From contig OX597814.1 in assembly GCA_951406725.2 (NCBI GenBank), forward strand, positions 87,668,001 through 87,732,000: a stretch of 64,000 nucleotides of DNA. Direction: 5' to 3'. A model generated the notes under the pieces. That model made no database searches. It was given only the letters and a program-made list of their open reading frames with translations, and was not told where the DNA came from. The stretch is from Octopus vulgaris. Its lineage: Eukaryota. Positions within the stretch are counted from its first letter, which is position 1, and each line of letters starts with the position of its first letter. Made by a program: the position numbers and the translations under genes. Positions 51,610 through 64,000 of the stretch are shown here, one piece after another.

Positions 51610-54600
51610 TTTCTTTGTCTATTTTTTATTCAATAAAGTTGGACGAAATTAAATCATAACAGCCTTGTAACCAATCAGGTTTTTGGACAAGCACTGAAGA
51701 CTGTCTTCATGAAGTGTGTCGAGGAAAAGTCTGATGGAACCCATCTTTCAACAATTACACTTACAGAAACAAGATACAAGTTAAATATAAATGGAACTGT
51801 GAATAAAACTGGGTGCAGATTTGCCAGGAGCCTACAAGCTCTCAGTGGTGTTAACATTAGGTATATGTATCAGAATTTAAAAAAATAATTGATATTTTAA
51901 AATCAAATAATTGAAATTTAACTAAAAGTCATGAAATGTACCAAAATAAATTTTATTAGGTGAAACAGTAGGTGTAGTGATTTACACGTCTGTGATAGAT
52001 ACAATTTTATAATTGAAGATAAAACTGTTGACTTAAAAATTAGGGCAGCTCAAAATGAAAGATACTTATTGAAAAGAAAGTTACCAATAATCAATAAATT
52101 AGTCATTTTGCCTCAGCCAGCAATGAGAATTTGTCAAATAAATTATGTATATCCAAATATTTTTAATTACACTGTCTAACTGAGAAGATCAAGTTGTACA
52201 AGATTTAGTTCTTGTTAATTGAAAAGGAAATATATAAAAGTTATAAAAAATTAATTTTAAGAGCTGTTTTATTTTAATTTATTTATGTGTAAAAACTAAA
52301 GTAAATGAAAAACTGTAAAATGCCAAATTTGGAGATTCTGAAATTTGTACAAATTAGATTATTTCTTTATTTGAATACATCTCTATCATTACAAAGGCTC
52401 TATGATGTTCATGGCTTCTCCAAAGGTATTTAGAGCCAGTATAAGCAAAACAACTTCAATTGAGAACCAAAGCCAGATCACTGATTCAGTGTGACCTGAA
52501 ATCACAGTTGCCCTAAAATGTTTGCTTTATAAGGGTACTGTATGAATTGTGAGGAGATCAAATTCAGTAGTAAATACCATTCATTAATTTACATGTCCTA
52601 CTTATCCAGTGCAAACAAACAAACAAAAAGAAAACATTTAGACAAGAAAATATTTTTCTTTTCAAATAGCACCATAAGTTAGAAATAAATGTATATAAAT
52701 ATGTAAAACTCCTACAGTATGAAATTGAAACCCAAATGTTATATTCAGTTAGAAGCATTTCATTGTCAAAATTGAGCACAATGATCAGCAGTTTAGGTTT
52801 CAACTGGAGCTAAAGACACTTGGTTCTTAAGCAGTCATCCATGTAAAACATATCAAAGAGTTGTAAGCCACAAAATTGTGCTGTATGACTTTAACTTTAT
52901 AATAGTTCCTACAGTTGAAGAATTAATGCAGTATCAGTGAATTTACTTTTTAAAAGAGGAAAATCCAAGATACAGGATAATTTTGTAATGAAAAGGGGTA
53001 AGTTTTTTTTGTTAACTATAAATACAATAGCATAATCAATATGAAATTGCTAACACGAAAATTAAATATTTTCAAAGCTACATTTTGAATGATAAAATAA
53101 TCTACAGAGCTGTTAATATGAAACTAACTGTTGATTTTGTATGACAGCTACATGATTTTATAATTATAGTTTGAGATGTGTATATTATTTAGTATTTCCC
53201 TGAGAGAAAGGTTACGTTTGATTGAAATCTAATTAAAGAGTCCAGTGAGAGCTGCAAATGGATTTTCCTTTTTATTTATTTAGAGCAGGTTATTTTAAAC
53301 AATTGACATTGTGAAGTATAAATACAAAGAGATATCATTAAAACTTTTTTCTTTTTATTTGCTACCAATAGAGGGCTCAATTTTCAGCTGTCATAATTAT
53401 TTTCCAGTTTGGTCAAAATGAAAAATGTTACCAATTAACAATTATTTCCAAACAGAGAGAAAAACATTTCTCATGAAATTCTTAAAAAGACACGACTATT
53501 TCCCAGATGATACATTTGTAATGGACAGAGTACTAAATAACAATGCTTCACAATAAAAACTGTAAAATAAAAATAAACTTATAAAAGTATTACAAAAAAA
53601 AAATCATGAGACTAGAATACATAGACTCATTTTATACTTTTCTCCATCAAGTGTTAACAGAGGTTAAAAAAAAACCAGAGAATATTGATTTCTTTGGACT
53701 AAGCACCAAAATCTTATGTTTTGGGAAAGAGAAGAAATGAGAAGTTGCGACATGTATGTCTTTCTGAAGACTATTAGTAGTGTAAATGAAAGGAAAGAAA
53801 ATCCAATCAGGAACTGAAACTGGAATGTGGTTCCAGATCACTGGTAGTTTACTTCTTGCTTTACAAAACTCATACCTCTCAGAAAGATTTTTCCAACTTG
53901 TAACATTTGAGATAAATATTTAACAATAGAAATAAAGACACAAGTGAACAGTTACTGTATGCCATAATGATGAGATCAAGAGTCTACTGAAACTTGAAAT
54001 TGCATGTTAACAAATTACAGAGTAAAAGGGAGAGAGGAGTGATAAAAGAGGAGGAATGGTGTAATGCCTGCAAAGTACACTAACACTTAATATGTACTTT
54101 ATATATACATTTTTTTTCAAATAGAATAAAAGCAGGCATATTTAAGAGGGAATGCAAGTTGACATAACAGAGTAACAGTCATACTAAATAAAAACAATAT
54201 CGGCATTTAGACTTTTCCTTTATCTTTTTGTTTTTGGCATAACACGATGAGACAGCAATGTCAGTCTTCAAGCAGTCTTATATGAAGGACATTTTGTATG
54301 ATGATATTTTTGATAATTTGGAAGAAGGAAAAAAAAATGATTGGTAAATTAAAAAAATATGATAAAGAGAAGTGAAAGTTAGAAATGCTAAGAATGTTAT
54401 TTGGTTCATAAGAAAGCAAAGTTTTTAAAATCAATATTAAAATAATTTTAATTTGGTTGGTATCATCAATTAAGAAAAAATACATTGAGCTACCTCAACC
54501 AAATGAAATAACATCCTTTTTGATTGTGCCCATAAATAAACACATTCTAGACTACAGCTAGAGAAAGATATCTGATAGGCAAGTCTACTCTTACTAACAC

Positions 54601-56857
54601 CCACAACCACTTGCTTAATCAGCAAGTTCTATTCTCCTTCAGCACAATAGCTTTGTGTCAAATATGCATAATGAACATAAAATTTCTTCCTCTTGTCACC
54701 CAATCTCTGCACTATAAACACTTTACCAAATCCTATCTCTTATGAACTACTTCTTTCTGGAACTTCCTCATTGCCCATGTTTACTCTCCAGCTAATTAAA
54801 AAACAAAACAACAAACAAATAAAAAAAAAACTGTACAAACTTTCCCCACAGTTTAGGGAAGTATTCTTTCTTCTTAAAAAATGAAAACTACAAAAATTTT
54901 AATGGCAAAGTTTTCATTTCCTAATCAGTGGGAGTAATTCTATTATATTGCCATGGATGTTAGAATATATTCTACAAATTTTAAAGCCCTTAGTGCCAAC
55001 ATTAAAATATAGGAACTTTAAATTCATCTAATATGATAGACAATACCAAAGCCTGGGTTTGGAAATGGAGAATTTGGAAACGCTCAAAAATTGTGATAAC
55101 TGTTTATATCATTGTTTGATAAAAACCACATGTTCTTTGGAAGAATTTTAATATTAATATGAATGCCTTTAAATGACTCAGATTTTGGTATACAGCTCTC
55201 ACCCCACCAACAAAACACAGACATATTTAGTTTCCTAATAAGTAAAACAGCATTTTTTATATATAAGAAATGTAAGAAAATCCAGACAAAATATGAATTT
55301 ATATATTTCCTAAAAGATGTTTTGGGGGTTAAAAACTGACAAAAGATATACTAAGAAACAAATTAATTTTTTTATACCAAATGCAATTTTATAAAGATAT
55401 AAAAAATTATATATACTTAATTGCCTTAGTAAAATATTTTTGTAAATATTTAAAATAATTTTATAAATATTTTACTATGGCAATTGATTACATTTAATTT
55501 TTTTGTTACAAATTTTTACAGTGCAGTTTTATAAAAATGTAAGGCAACTTAAACTGCAATTGCATAAAAGCATTAGTGTGAAATATCCCAGCCATTATTT
55601 ATATAAAAATCATTTTGACTGAATAAAAAGGCTACATGGTAAATTATACATAGAAAAGAGATAACTGCAATGAAAAATAATGATTTCTAACACAGGCATA
55701 AGAGTAGACATTTTAGGAGAGAGGAGGGTAGTCAATTAAATTGACTTTAGTACTTAAAATGGTACTTTTTTTTCAGCTTTTTGGAAAGATGAAAGACAAA
55801 GCTGACCACTGCAGAATTTAAATTTAGTGGGGAAAATATCATAATAAAAGTTGTAAGAAAAAAATGTAAAAAATTTAGTAAATAATATAAAAATGACTTA
55901 AGGAAAATTTTCTATTTTCATTTTGTGGTAAGAAAAAATATTAAAATTGAAATATTAATTTTGAAATAAAACTTGAATGGAAAAATAAAATATTGGTAAT
56001 ATTATGTAAATATTTACTTAAAAAAAACAATTTTAGCAAAATATTTAAATCATTTTTTAACTAAAATTAGAGTAAATTCATTGAAACTGAGATAATTTGA
56101 TGAAGCATTCACATATGAAAGACAGAATTGGTATAAAGCCAAGTAACATACTAGAAACAAGAAATACAATAATATTGTTGAAAATAGCAGAAATAATTGA
56201 TATAATTATTGCTATATACATAAGGTCATTAAAAATTGACTACGGATTTATTGTAGCAATTTCCATTTTAAAATTTTAATCTCATGATAAATAAATATAT
56301 TTTCTTTTTATTTTTTGGTCAAGTACATGCTTAAAATAAGTTTTCAACTTTACAAGAACAAAAGTAATAATAAAGTTTAAAGTGAAATCACACACCCTAC
56401 ATAATCAGTAATAACTGAAAAATTATTTGTAAAAATTATTTGTAATTGTAAATTATATGTAAATCTGTTTAAAAATTAAATAGATTTACATATTAAAAAA
56501 ACCTTCCTTTTACCATAAAGCAAATAGACAGAATGAACATATTTCTATATCAAATGATTGAATTCTTAATTAAAATTGTCAAATCAGTTGTTTAATTTTG
56601 CATAGTATGTTAAGCCATGAGATTTATTTACAAATTGAAGCTATAGTGTAGATGTCCTTAAACTTTTGACAATCTGATGGCTGTTGGATTCGATGCATAA
56701 TCTACAATAGTTATTTACAAAACAAACATATTTGCATCATGTTTTCAGCATACAATCTGAAAATCTCACATGATCAAAGAGATGATATATCCAAGAAGTT
56801 GAACAGCTTCTTTAACAAGAAAACAAGAGATAATTCCAGAATTTTTAGTTTGTCTGC
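51610..56857 (-). other. Probable long (~5.2 kb) 3' UTR of the integrin beta gene
   Basis: Downstream of the stop codon, ~5 kb of AT-rich sequence is almost free of SINEs and microsatellites, unlike its surroundings. It ends at an AATAAA (plus-strand tttatt, 51625-51630) followed by a GT-rich element (atttcatgtgtcatgtgtgtctattttgtttgt on minus). Confidence 0.5.
51625..51630 (-). terminator. Candidate polyadenylation signal AATAAA for integrin beta mRNA
   Basis: Plus-strand tttatt with a downstream GU-rich element on the minus strand. Other AATAAA hexamers occur within the UTR. Confidence 0.4.
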
Positions 56858-56929
56858 TTAGTTGTAACCACCAACATATTGAGGATTCTTGAAAACTGTG
56901 GTACATGGCTTGTAGATTGGATTTTCACC
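56858..56929 (-). CDS. Integrin beta subunit, last coding exon (cytoplasmic tail with two NPxY motifs)
   Basis: gtttacag|GGTGAAAATCCAATCTAC... translates to GENPIYKPCTTVFKNPQYVGGYN*, in phase 0 with the preceding exon. NPIY and NPQY are the talin- and kindlin-binding NPxY motifs of beta1/betaPS-type integrins. Confidence 0.95.
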   Translation of the reverse strand, partial: GENPIYKPCTTVFKNPQYVGGYN

Positions 56930-58384
56930 CTGTAAACATTAAAGAAACATGGTTTATTCAGTTTCCTTTTAACAAAATGAAGAAGGTACATGAAACAAAA
57001 ATATTTATAATTTTATCAATATTGAAATTCATATTTCCTTAGTATATCTTTTCATCTTTTATTTCTTGTTTGTCATAATGCTGTGGCTACGCTGAGGTAC
57101 TACCTTGACAAGTTTTGTCAAACACTTGAACTCTGAGTACATATTTTTAAAGTCTATTACTTATCCTACTGATTTCTTTTGTTGAACTGCTAAGTTCATA
57201 AGTAAACTAACACCAGTTGTAAAGGGGTGAGGTGGTAAAACACACACACACACACAATGGGCTGCAATACACTTTTGATCTATTGAATTCACTCATAAGG
57301 CAATTGGTTGGCGTAGGGTTACAGTCCAAGATGCTATGCAGTGAGGCAAAACCTGAAACTTCCCAACCACATGGTTCTTGGTTCAGTTCCACTGCATGGT
57401 ACCTTGGGCAAGTGCTTTCTGTTATAGCCTCAGGCTGACCACAGCTTCAAGTGGATTTGGTAGACAGAAACTAAAAGAAGCCTGCTGTATATGTATATAT
57501 ATCTATGTGTGTGTGTTTGACCCCCACTACTGCTTGACAACTGGTGCTGGTGTGTTTACATCCATGTAACTTAGCGGTTTGGTAAAAGGCACTTAAAAAA
57601 ATACCAGGGTCGATTCATTCGACTAAAATTCCTCAAGATGGTGCCCCAGCATGGCCACAGTTTAATGACTAAAACGAGTAAATGATAAAAGATTAAAGTA
57701 CAGTGTAAACCGCTTTTAATTATCAAAGAGTTAGAATGATTTCAGATTTGTTTTAAGTTGTATTTAGATTGCTTAAATTACATTATCTATTAAATTTAAA
57801 GAAGTGATATTATTGGATCTTCAATAAGGTTAAAAGAAATTGGTTAATCATCATCACTATAATGTTCCCTTTTCCATGCTTGCATGGGTCAGAATTTATT
57901 GAGGCAGATTTTTCTACAGCCAGAAACCCCTCCTGTTGCCAACCCTCACTTGTTTCCAATTAAAGTAATATTCTCCATGACCAGACATGTTTTTATGGAG
58001 GAGCGGAACTGAAGAGTGCAGTTTGCATGATGGTGACATTCATTTATAACTATTTACAACTATCACATGAAATCAAGGTAAGGCAAGGAGAAAGAAGCAT
58101 GCACACACACCTGTCAAACCAAGTAAGATTGCAATTGTGACTGATGCTGGTGTTTTGTAACTGGCACCTGTACTGGTGGCATATAAAAAGCACCCACTAC
58201 ACTCTTGGAGTGGTTGGTGTTAGGAAGGGCATCCACCTGCAGAAACTATGCCAAATCAGATTGGAACCTGGTGCAACTTCCTAGCTTACCAGTTTTCAAA
58301 CCGTCCAACCCATGCCAGCATGGAAAACGGGTGTGAAATGACGATAATAATAATGATGATGATGATGATGATGATATACATCTA

Positions 58385-60032
58385 CTGTAAAAACCCATGT
58401 AATTTGTGCACCTGTGTAATTTACGCAGGTGATTTTCAAGATAAAAATTGTTAAAAAAAAAGCTTCTACTCATGTAAAATTTGCACCCAAAAGTTTTCAG
58501 AATTGCCGATATGACCAGGAGGGATAAGTTTTTCAATTTAGCTGTATTTAGCATAATTTCACTAACTTATGATTACATTTTATTAAATATTCATTAAATA
58601 AAAATAATTTCTGTTTAACAGGTATCACATTAAAAGCTATTAAATTATGAAGTGTTTGTGTTGTTTATAATAAACTTTATTTTACTTTTCTTGTCCACAA
58701 GAGATTATGTCTGATCTTTAGCATACTTCTGTATGTCTTCTCAAATCATGATTACAGGAAAAGATGTTAAGAATTATCAACAAAAACAAATCTGCACAGG
58801 TGTTGCAAATTAAGTTTAATTACCAATAAACATCAGCTTGGATGACACTATTCAACTGACAAAGGAAGGTGACCTATCAAACTGATTATGTAAACAGAAT
58901 TCCGACAGGTCAAAAGTGTCTTCTTGTCTCAAGCTCTGATTTTCTGCCTATTTTTGTTGGAACCTTTGATACAGAGTATTGAAATTTTAATCCCTTTCAT
59001 ACTTATAAAAAGTCAGACAAACTTTAAAATTTGTCATTACCGTTTTAGCTAGGAGACCAAACTGATAGTTTGGTAACCTGCTAAAATAAACATTAAAAAT
59101 CGAAAGGAGAAAATAAACAGCTCTGCAAGTTTAATTGTATATATGTCTATGTAAAATACAAAAAAAAAGTATTTGAGTTTAACTGTTGTCTGTGAAAATA
59201 GAGTCATATATATGGGTATACTGTAAAATTATATGTATATATGTAAGTGCATATGTGTTTATATGATTGTGTGTGCTTGTACATATGTATAGGTAGGTTT
59301 ATATTTGCATGTGTGTATCTAAGACATTGTATCTATTCACCATTAGATGGTGGTGAAAGGAACATATATATATATATATTTTTTTTTTATATATATACAA
59401 CCCTTGACAGAGTAACTGTCACATATACAACTTGAACAGACATGCATATCAGTACATAAACATACATTTACATGTACATACACATATACACTACACATGT
59501 AAATACTCATATACATACATAAACACATATATATCATGAACTAACTGTTACTTTCTCAGATGCAGCACAAAATTTTGTTAGTGAACAGGTTCTGGTTTCA
59601 AAGCGATGAAAATAATTTGACACAAATTAAATTTAAATGTTGAAGTGAAACGGTTTTTGTGTGTTCTTAAATGGCTTACAAACATCTTCCACACTGCAAC
59701 TGTTTTTGTTTCAGCACATGATCTCAGATCAAGTCACTTGCTATGCTGGTACAGCTCCGTAATTCCAAAAGGTTTTAGCAAATTTATACAGAAAAAGTAA
59801 GCATTATAGTGTCCAGTATAATTCATTACATTTAAGCCCTTATTTTTTCTGTAAAAGCCTATTCTCACATTAAATGAGTCAACTTCCAGTACTAATGTTT
59901 ACATTTTGTACAACTTTTTTCAACAAAAAAATTTCTAAAAGAATTCTGGAAATGATCTACTCATGTAATTTACCCACCCACTAAAGTTTATTTTTATGAA
60001 AAAAATTGCAAAAATTACATGGGTTTTTACAG
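58385..60032. mobile_element. Non-autonomous Tc1/mariner-superfamily (pogo-like) element in the last integrin intron
   Basis: Perfect 21-bp TIR ctgtaaaaacccatgtaattt at both ends with TA TSD. No coding capacity. Confidence 0.82.
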
Positions 60033-60066
60033 TATATATATGTATGTATATATATATATATATATA

Positions 60067-60380
60067 GTGGAGGTGCAATGGCCCAGTGGTTAGGGCAGTG
60101 GACTCGTGGTTGTAGGATCACAGTTTTAATTCCAAGACCAGGCGTTGTGAGTGTTTATTGAGCGAAAACTCCTAAAGCTCCATGAGGCTCTGGCAGGGGG
60201 TGGTGGCGAATCCTGCTGTACTCTTTCGCCACAACTTTCTCCCACTCTTTCTACTGATGGCCTGCTCGCTTAGCCAGCGGGGTGGCGTCATTTGAAGGCT
60301 AAAACAATGCAAAGCGCATTGTGACCAACGATGTGTAGCAACATCTGATAGCCTGGTCGGTCATGGTGATCACGGTGATA
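60067..60380 (+). mobile_element. tRNA-derived SINE family C
   Basis: A tRNA-like head gtggaggtgcaatggcccagtggttagggcag...aattcc is followed by a distinct GC-rich body, and the copy sits in a TA/CA tract. Confidence 0.7.
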
Positions 60381-60591
60381 TACACACACACACACACACA
60401 AACACGATGGGTTTCTTTCAGTTTCCAGGTACGGAATCCACTCACAAGGCTATAGTAGGAGACACTTGCCCAATATATCATGGAGTGAGACTAAACCAGA
60501 GTCCATGTGGTTGGGAAGCAAACTTCTTACCACACAACCATGCCTACATCTAAATGTATTGAAAACACAGAAAATGAAAAATTAAACTTAC

Positions 60592-60758
60592 TGCATTCCA
60601 TTGTGCTTTATTTCTTTCATTTTCAAATTTTGCTAATTCTCTGTGATCCTGAATAGTTGTTATTAACTTCCAGATAAGTAATAGGGCTAATCCTACAGCA
60701 ACAATGCCAACTATAACTCCAACAACGATGGCTATTACATTTACTGACGTTGGACAGG
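60592..60758 (-). CDS. Integrin beta subunit, transmembrane and membrane-proximal cytoplasmic exon
   Basis: tttacag|CCTGTCCA...TGGAATGCA|gtaagt encodes CPTSVNVIAIVVGVIVGIVAVGLALLLIWKLITTIQDHRELAKFENERNKAQWNA. This matches the integrin beta signature GLxLLLIWKLLxxIHDRRExAKFExE. Confidence 0.96.
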
Positions 60759-60821
60759 CTGTAAAATAAAGAAAAAGAAAGTGCATGGAGAAACAATATA
60801 AAACAATAAAAAAAAAATTAA

Positions 60822-61998
60822 TCTCTTATTATAAAAGGCAGATTTTATCTGCCTCCCTTTGGGAGTTATACAAATCTACAATATAGGATTTCTTCAATTA
60901 CAATTTACCTAGCAGTTTTAAGAGTACAATGCATCGCGTCATGCCAGGTCCAGTTTTTAAAATTTAAACTCCAATTAAGCAAAATTTACAGAAAACTCAC
61001 ATTCTGGTGTGTGTGTCAAATGCTTTTCTTAGTCTGGTTTACACCACACGCAAACGCACACACACAGTGGGCAACGAATAAAATGAAAGTAAATGTAATA
61101 TTTGTTTCTGTTTATCACGCTGATAGATACATGAGTAAAATGTATGGGAAGCTAACAGATAACAGTGAGTGAAAATGTTCTTGGAAGAGAGTAAATTAGC
61201 GACAGTGATTTGAGGAAGACTAAACTGAAACTATGAAACAGTGTTTATGTATAAACAGACGACACTTATATAAACCCTTTCGTTACCAAACCGCCCGAAT
61301 TTACCTATTCATATTTAAATGAGAATATCAGAGTAAATCTCTTTAGTACATTCGTGAAAACACGTATTATACTTCGTAAACACTTCAAATACAGTTTTGT
61401 ACAAAAATCGAAGTGTAATTTTAATTCCGTGAATTATGGGAGATTTTTTTCCGAAATTTGTTCCTATTGTGTTTTCAAAATTTGTAATTCTGACAAAAAA
61501 TGGATACCAATTTCATTATATCAAGCAGCGAGTCAGAATTCGAAGGATTTTCTACTGAAGACCTTCATAAATCTAACTCTATGACTGAAAAAAAAAAGCA
61601 TCTTTATATATATAAGAGTGAAGTTGTGTGTCTGTCCCCTTCGATTTACATTCGTAATTACTCCCACATTTTGCGGTGCAGTTTAACCAAAAGCGGGTAT
61701 CTTATAGTCGTGATTCATATCGAGCCCTTCTGGGTATTAGCGCGCGTCTACGATGAGTCTACGATTTAAAAAAAATTTACCATCATATTTTTCCATTTTA
61801 ATGCATTTTTTTCGCTTTTATATAAGGGAAGTAACTCTCTAAAAATATCTACGATGTGTCAACGATTTAAAAAAAATTTACCTTAATTTTTTCCAATTTT
61901 TAATGCATTTTTTTTGCTATCTTTTGGCTATAACTCTCTAAAAATGCTTATATAGTTATTTCCCTTACAACCCGAGCAACGCCGGGCGATACTGCTAG
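60822..61998 (+). mobile_element. Helitron (composite, two 5' ends) in integrin intron
   Basis: A|TCTCTTATTATAAAAGGCAG at 60822 and a second A|TCTTTATATATATAAGAG at 61601. The 3' hairpin cccgagcaacgccggg is followed by CTAG|T at 61995-61998. CpG-rich relative to its flanks. Confidence 0.8.
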
Positions 61999-62172
61999 TG
62001 AACTTATATAGTATTTGCATTTAAATATGATTCATCATTAAAATTCAAAATGGAAAGTTACAAGCAATCTGTGTTTGTGGGTGTTTGAAAGATAGCTGTG
62101 AATGACAGGTGACCCGACAAAAGCATTTATGCATTTACAAAGAGAATTAGAGTTGCAAGTTTATTAATTTAC

Positions 62173-62286
62173 ATTTTTTCTCTTTCACTTCAATTAATAA
62201 TTCACTCTTATTGTTGTATTCATAAGTGTAGAAAACAATGCAGTCATCTTCATCAACAAGTCGGCAGTGCTTTAAGTTTTCATCAT
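62173..62286 (-). CDS. Integrin beta subunit, internal exon (beta-tail domain)
   Basis: Minus strand ttttcag|ATGATGAAAAC...GAGAAAAAAT|gtaaat translates to (x)DENLKHCRLVDEDDCIVFYTYEYNNKSELLIEVKEKK. The DEDDC motif is typical of the integrin beta-tail domain. The phase-1 end joins the next exon in frame (T+CC = Ser). Confidence 0.9.
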
Positions 62287-62601
62287 CTGAAAAGATATTA
62301 TTAAGAAATCATGTTAGCATTATAAATAGTAAATATAAAATATTAGAAATCAAACATTTATTAATCACTTTTATTAATTAAAATTTTAGACTGAAACTTT
62401 GATATGCATCCACATTTAATCCCTTTTATTTCCATATTTCTGTTGAAATTCACAGCACTTGTTTCATTTTTGTAGACTTTGGTTGACTCAGGGTAATAAT
62501 AGAAGACACTTGCCCAAGATAGTGCACAGTTATATACATATATACATCATCATCCTTTAATGGATGTTAAAGGATGCTAATGATGATTATATATATATGT
62601 A

Positions 62602-63855
62602 TTGGGTCATCCCATAAATAATGTGGTGTTTTCAATTGCATGAACTAAAGGTTGGAGGGGGGTGGGATAAACTACCTGCATCAACTTGCTATAAAAGCAG
62701 GTAGTAATTTTACCTTATTCTTAGTGCAAGTTTTGAAGAGTGCAGTTTGATTCTAACAGTTATTTTTTCAAAGCTATAACGGAAGTGACAAGGAAGCATA
62801 TTCGGCATATTTTGCTTTATGGGTTCAATAAAGACAACAATGCAACGGAAAGTGCAAGGAATATTAATGCAGTATATGGGGGTCGGACAATAAGCATAAG
62901 CCAGTGTCAATGGTAGTTCCAGAAATTCTGAGCCGTAAACTACAGCCTAAAAGATGAGCCTTGTCCTAGAAAATCTGTAGAGCTCAATGAGGACGTCTGG
63001 CAAACCCTGGTGGAACAAAATCCCATTGTAACTGTTGGAGAACTAGTAGAGAAGCTTGAATTTGGTCATTCAACCATTCATCGACACCTGCATCCCGTTG
63101 GAAAAGTCAGCATATTGGGTCAATGGATTCCTCATAAACCTTCCGAGTAATCACGCACAAAGGGTGAATGTGTGTTCTTCTTTGCAGTCATGTTTCATAA
63201 ATGAACTTTTTTGGACTGAATAGTAACTAGTGACAAGAAATGAGTTCTCTATAAAAATGTCAAGTGCTGAAGACAGTGGGTAGGGAAAGGAGAAACACCA
63301 GCACCCCAAGCTAAAGAAGGTCTTCACCCATGTAAGGTGTTGTTATCTGTTTGGTGGTATGTGAAAGGTTTAGTCCACTTTGAACTTTTAAACCCTAACC
63401 AAACGATAACAAAGATCTACTGCGAGCAGCTTAAGTCAGTGCTAGAAGAAAAACGACCATTTTTGATTTGAAGATGAAACGTGTTCTTCCATCAACCACA
63501 TACAGTGAGGGTGATATTCCAAAGGTTGGAGCAGCTTGAATGAGAAACAATGCCCCATCCACCATATTCACCAGATATTGCCCATCTGATTATCATTTAT
63601 TCCGAAGTCTTCAAAATCATTTGGACAGAAAATATATGAATTCTGTAGACGAGGTCAGAACAATATTGGAGGAGTATTTTTCATCTTGGACAAGTGAAAT
63701 TTGGAAGAGGGGCCTTGCAAGTCTACCAGATAAGATGGAAGAACATTGTAAAAAATGAAGGAGAGTATATTTTAGATTAAAAAATAACTGTGTTCATCTT
63801 AATTTTGAAAAATAAAAGAAGTATAAAAAAACACATTATTTATAGGATGACCCAA
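62602..63855 (+). mobile_element. Full-length (~1.25 kb) but inactivated mariner (DD34D) in an integrin intron
   Basis: TIRs ttgggtcatcccataaataatg / cattatttataggatgacccaa with TA TSD. Transposase remnants include WIPH, IVTSDKK*VLY and PSDYHLFRSLQNHL, with multiple stops and frameshifts. Confidence 0.92.
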
Positions 63856-63873
63856 TATATATATGTATGTATA

Positions 63874-64000
63874 CAGAGGAGGTACTGAAAAGTTCCTGGC
63901 TTTGGGTAAAAGAAAATATAGGAGGATCAGTTAATTATGATTTTATTCACACACTTATTGCAGTGGTCCTTTTTTTTCTAAGCCCTGTAAAGCAACTTGG
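63874..64000. mobile_element. Start of another mariner-type TIR element/MITE
   Basis: ta|cagaggaggtactgaaaagttcctggc resembles mariner-type TIRs (CGAGGG..TGAAAAGT). The element runs off the window edge. Confidence 0.45.

Overview
AT-rich, repeat-dense animal genomic DNA. The SINE/LINE families and the (TA)n/(TACA)n/(TGA)n microsatellites point to a coleoid cephalopod such as Octopus (inference). The only host gene I can read with confidence is the 3' end of an integrin beta subunit on the minus strand: three exons at 62173-62286, 60592-60758 and 56858-56929 encode the beta-tail, transmembrane helix and NPIY/NPQY cytoplasmic tail, followed by a probable ~5 kb 3' UTR. A second minus-strand gene probably starts near 25.2 kb and runs off the left edge. 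Everything else is decayed transposable elements: DD34D mariners, DD37D/maT, piggyBac, hAT and pogo-like MITEs, Helitrons, Tx1/L1, RTE, CRE, R4/Dong, Penelope-like elements with hammerhead-like motifs, a solo LTR and tRNA-derived SINEs. The most notable structures are (1) a three-tier nest of SINE > solo LTR > RT-less Tx1 LINE with a perfect 16-bp TSD, (2) a piggyBac carrying an ~850-bp copy of DNA from 4.4 kb away, and (3) a near-perfect ~186-bp inverted duplication bracketing the putative promoter/first exon. I found no intact novel multi-gene system. All family calls come from motif recognition by eye, not database searches.
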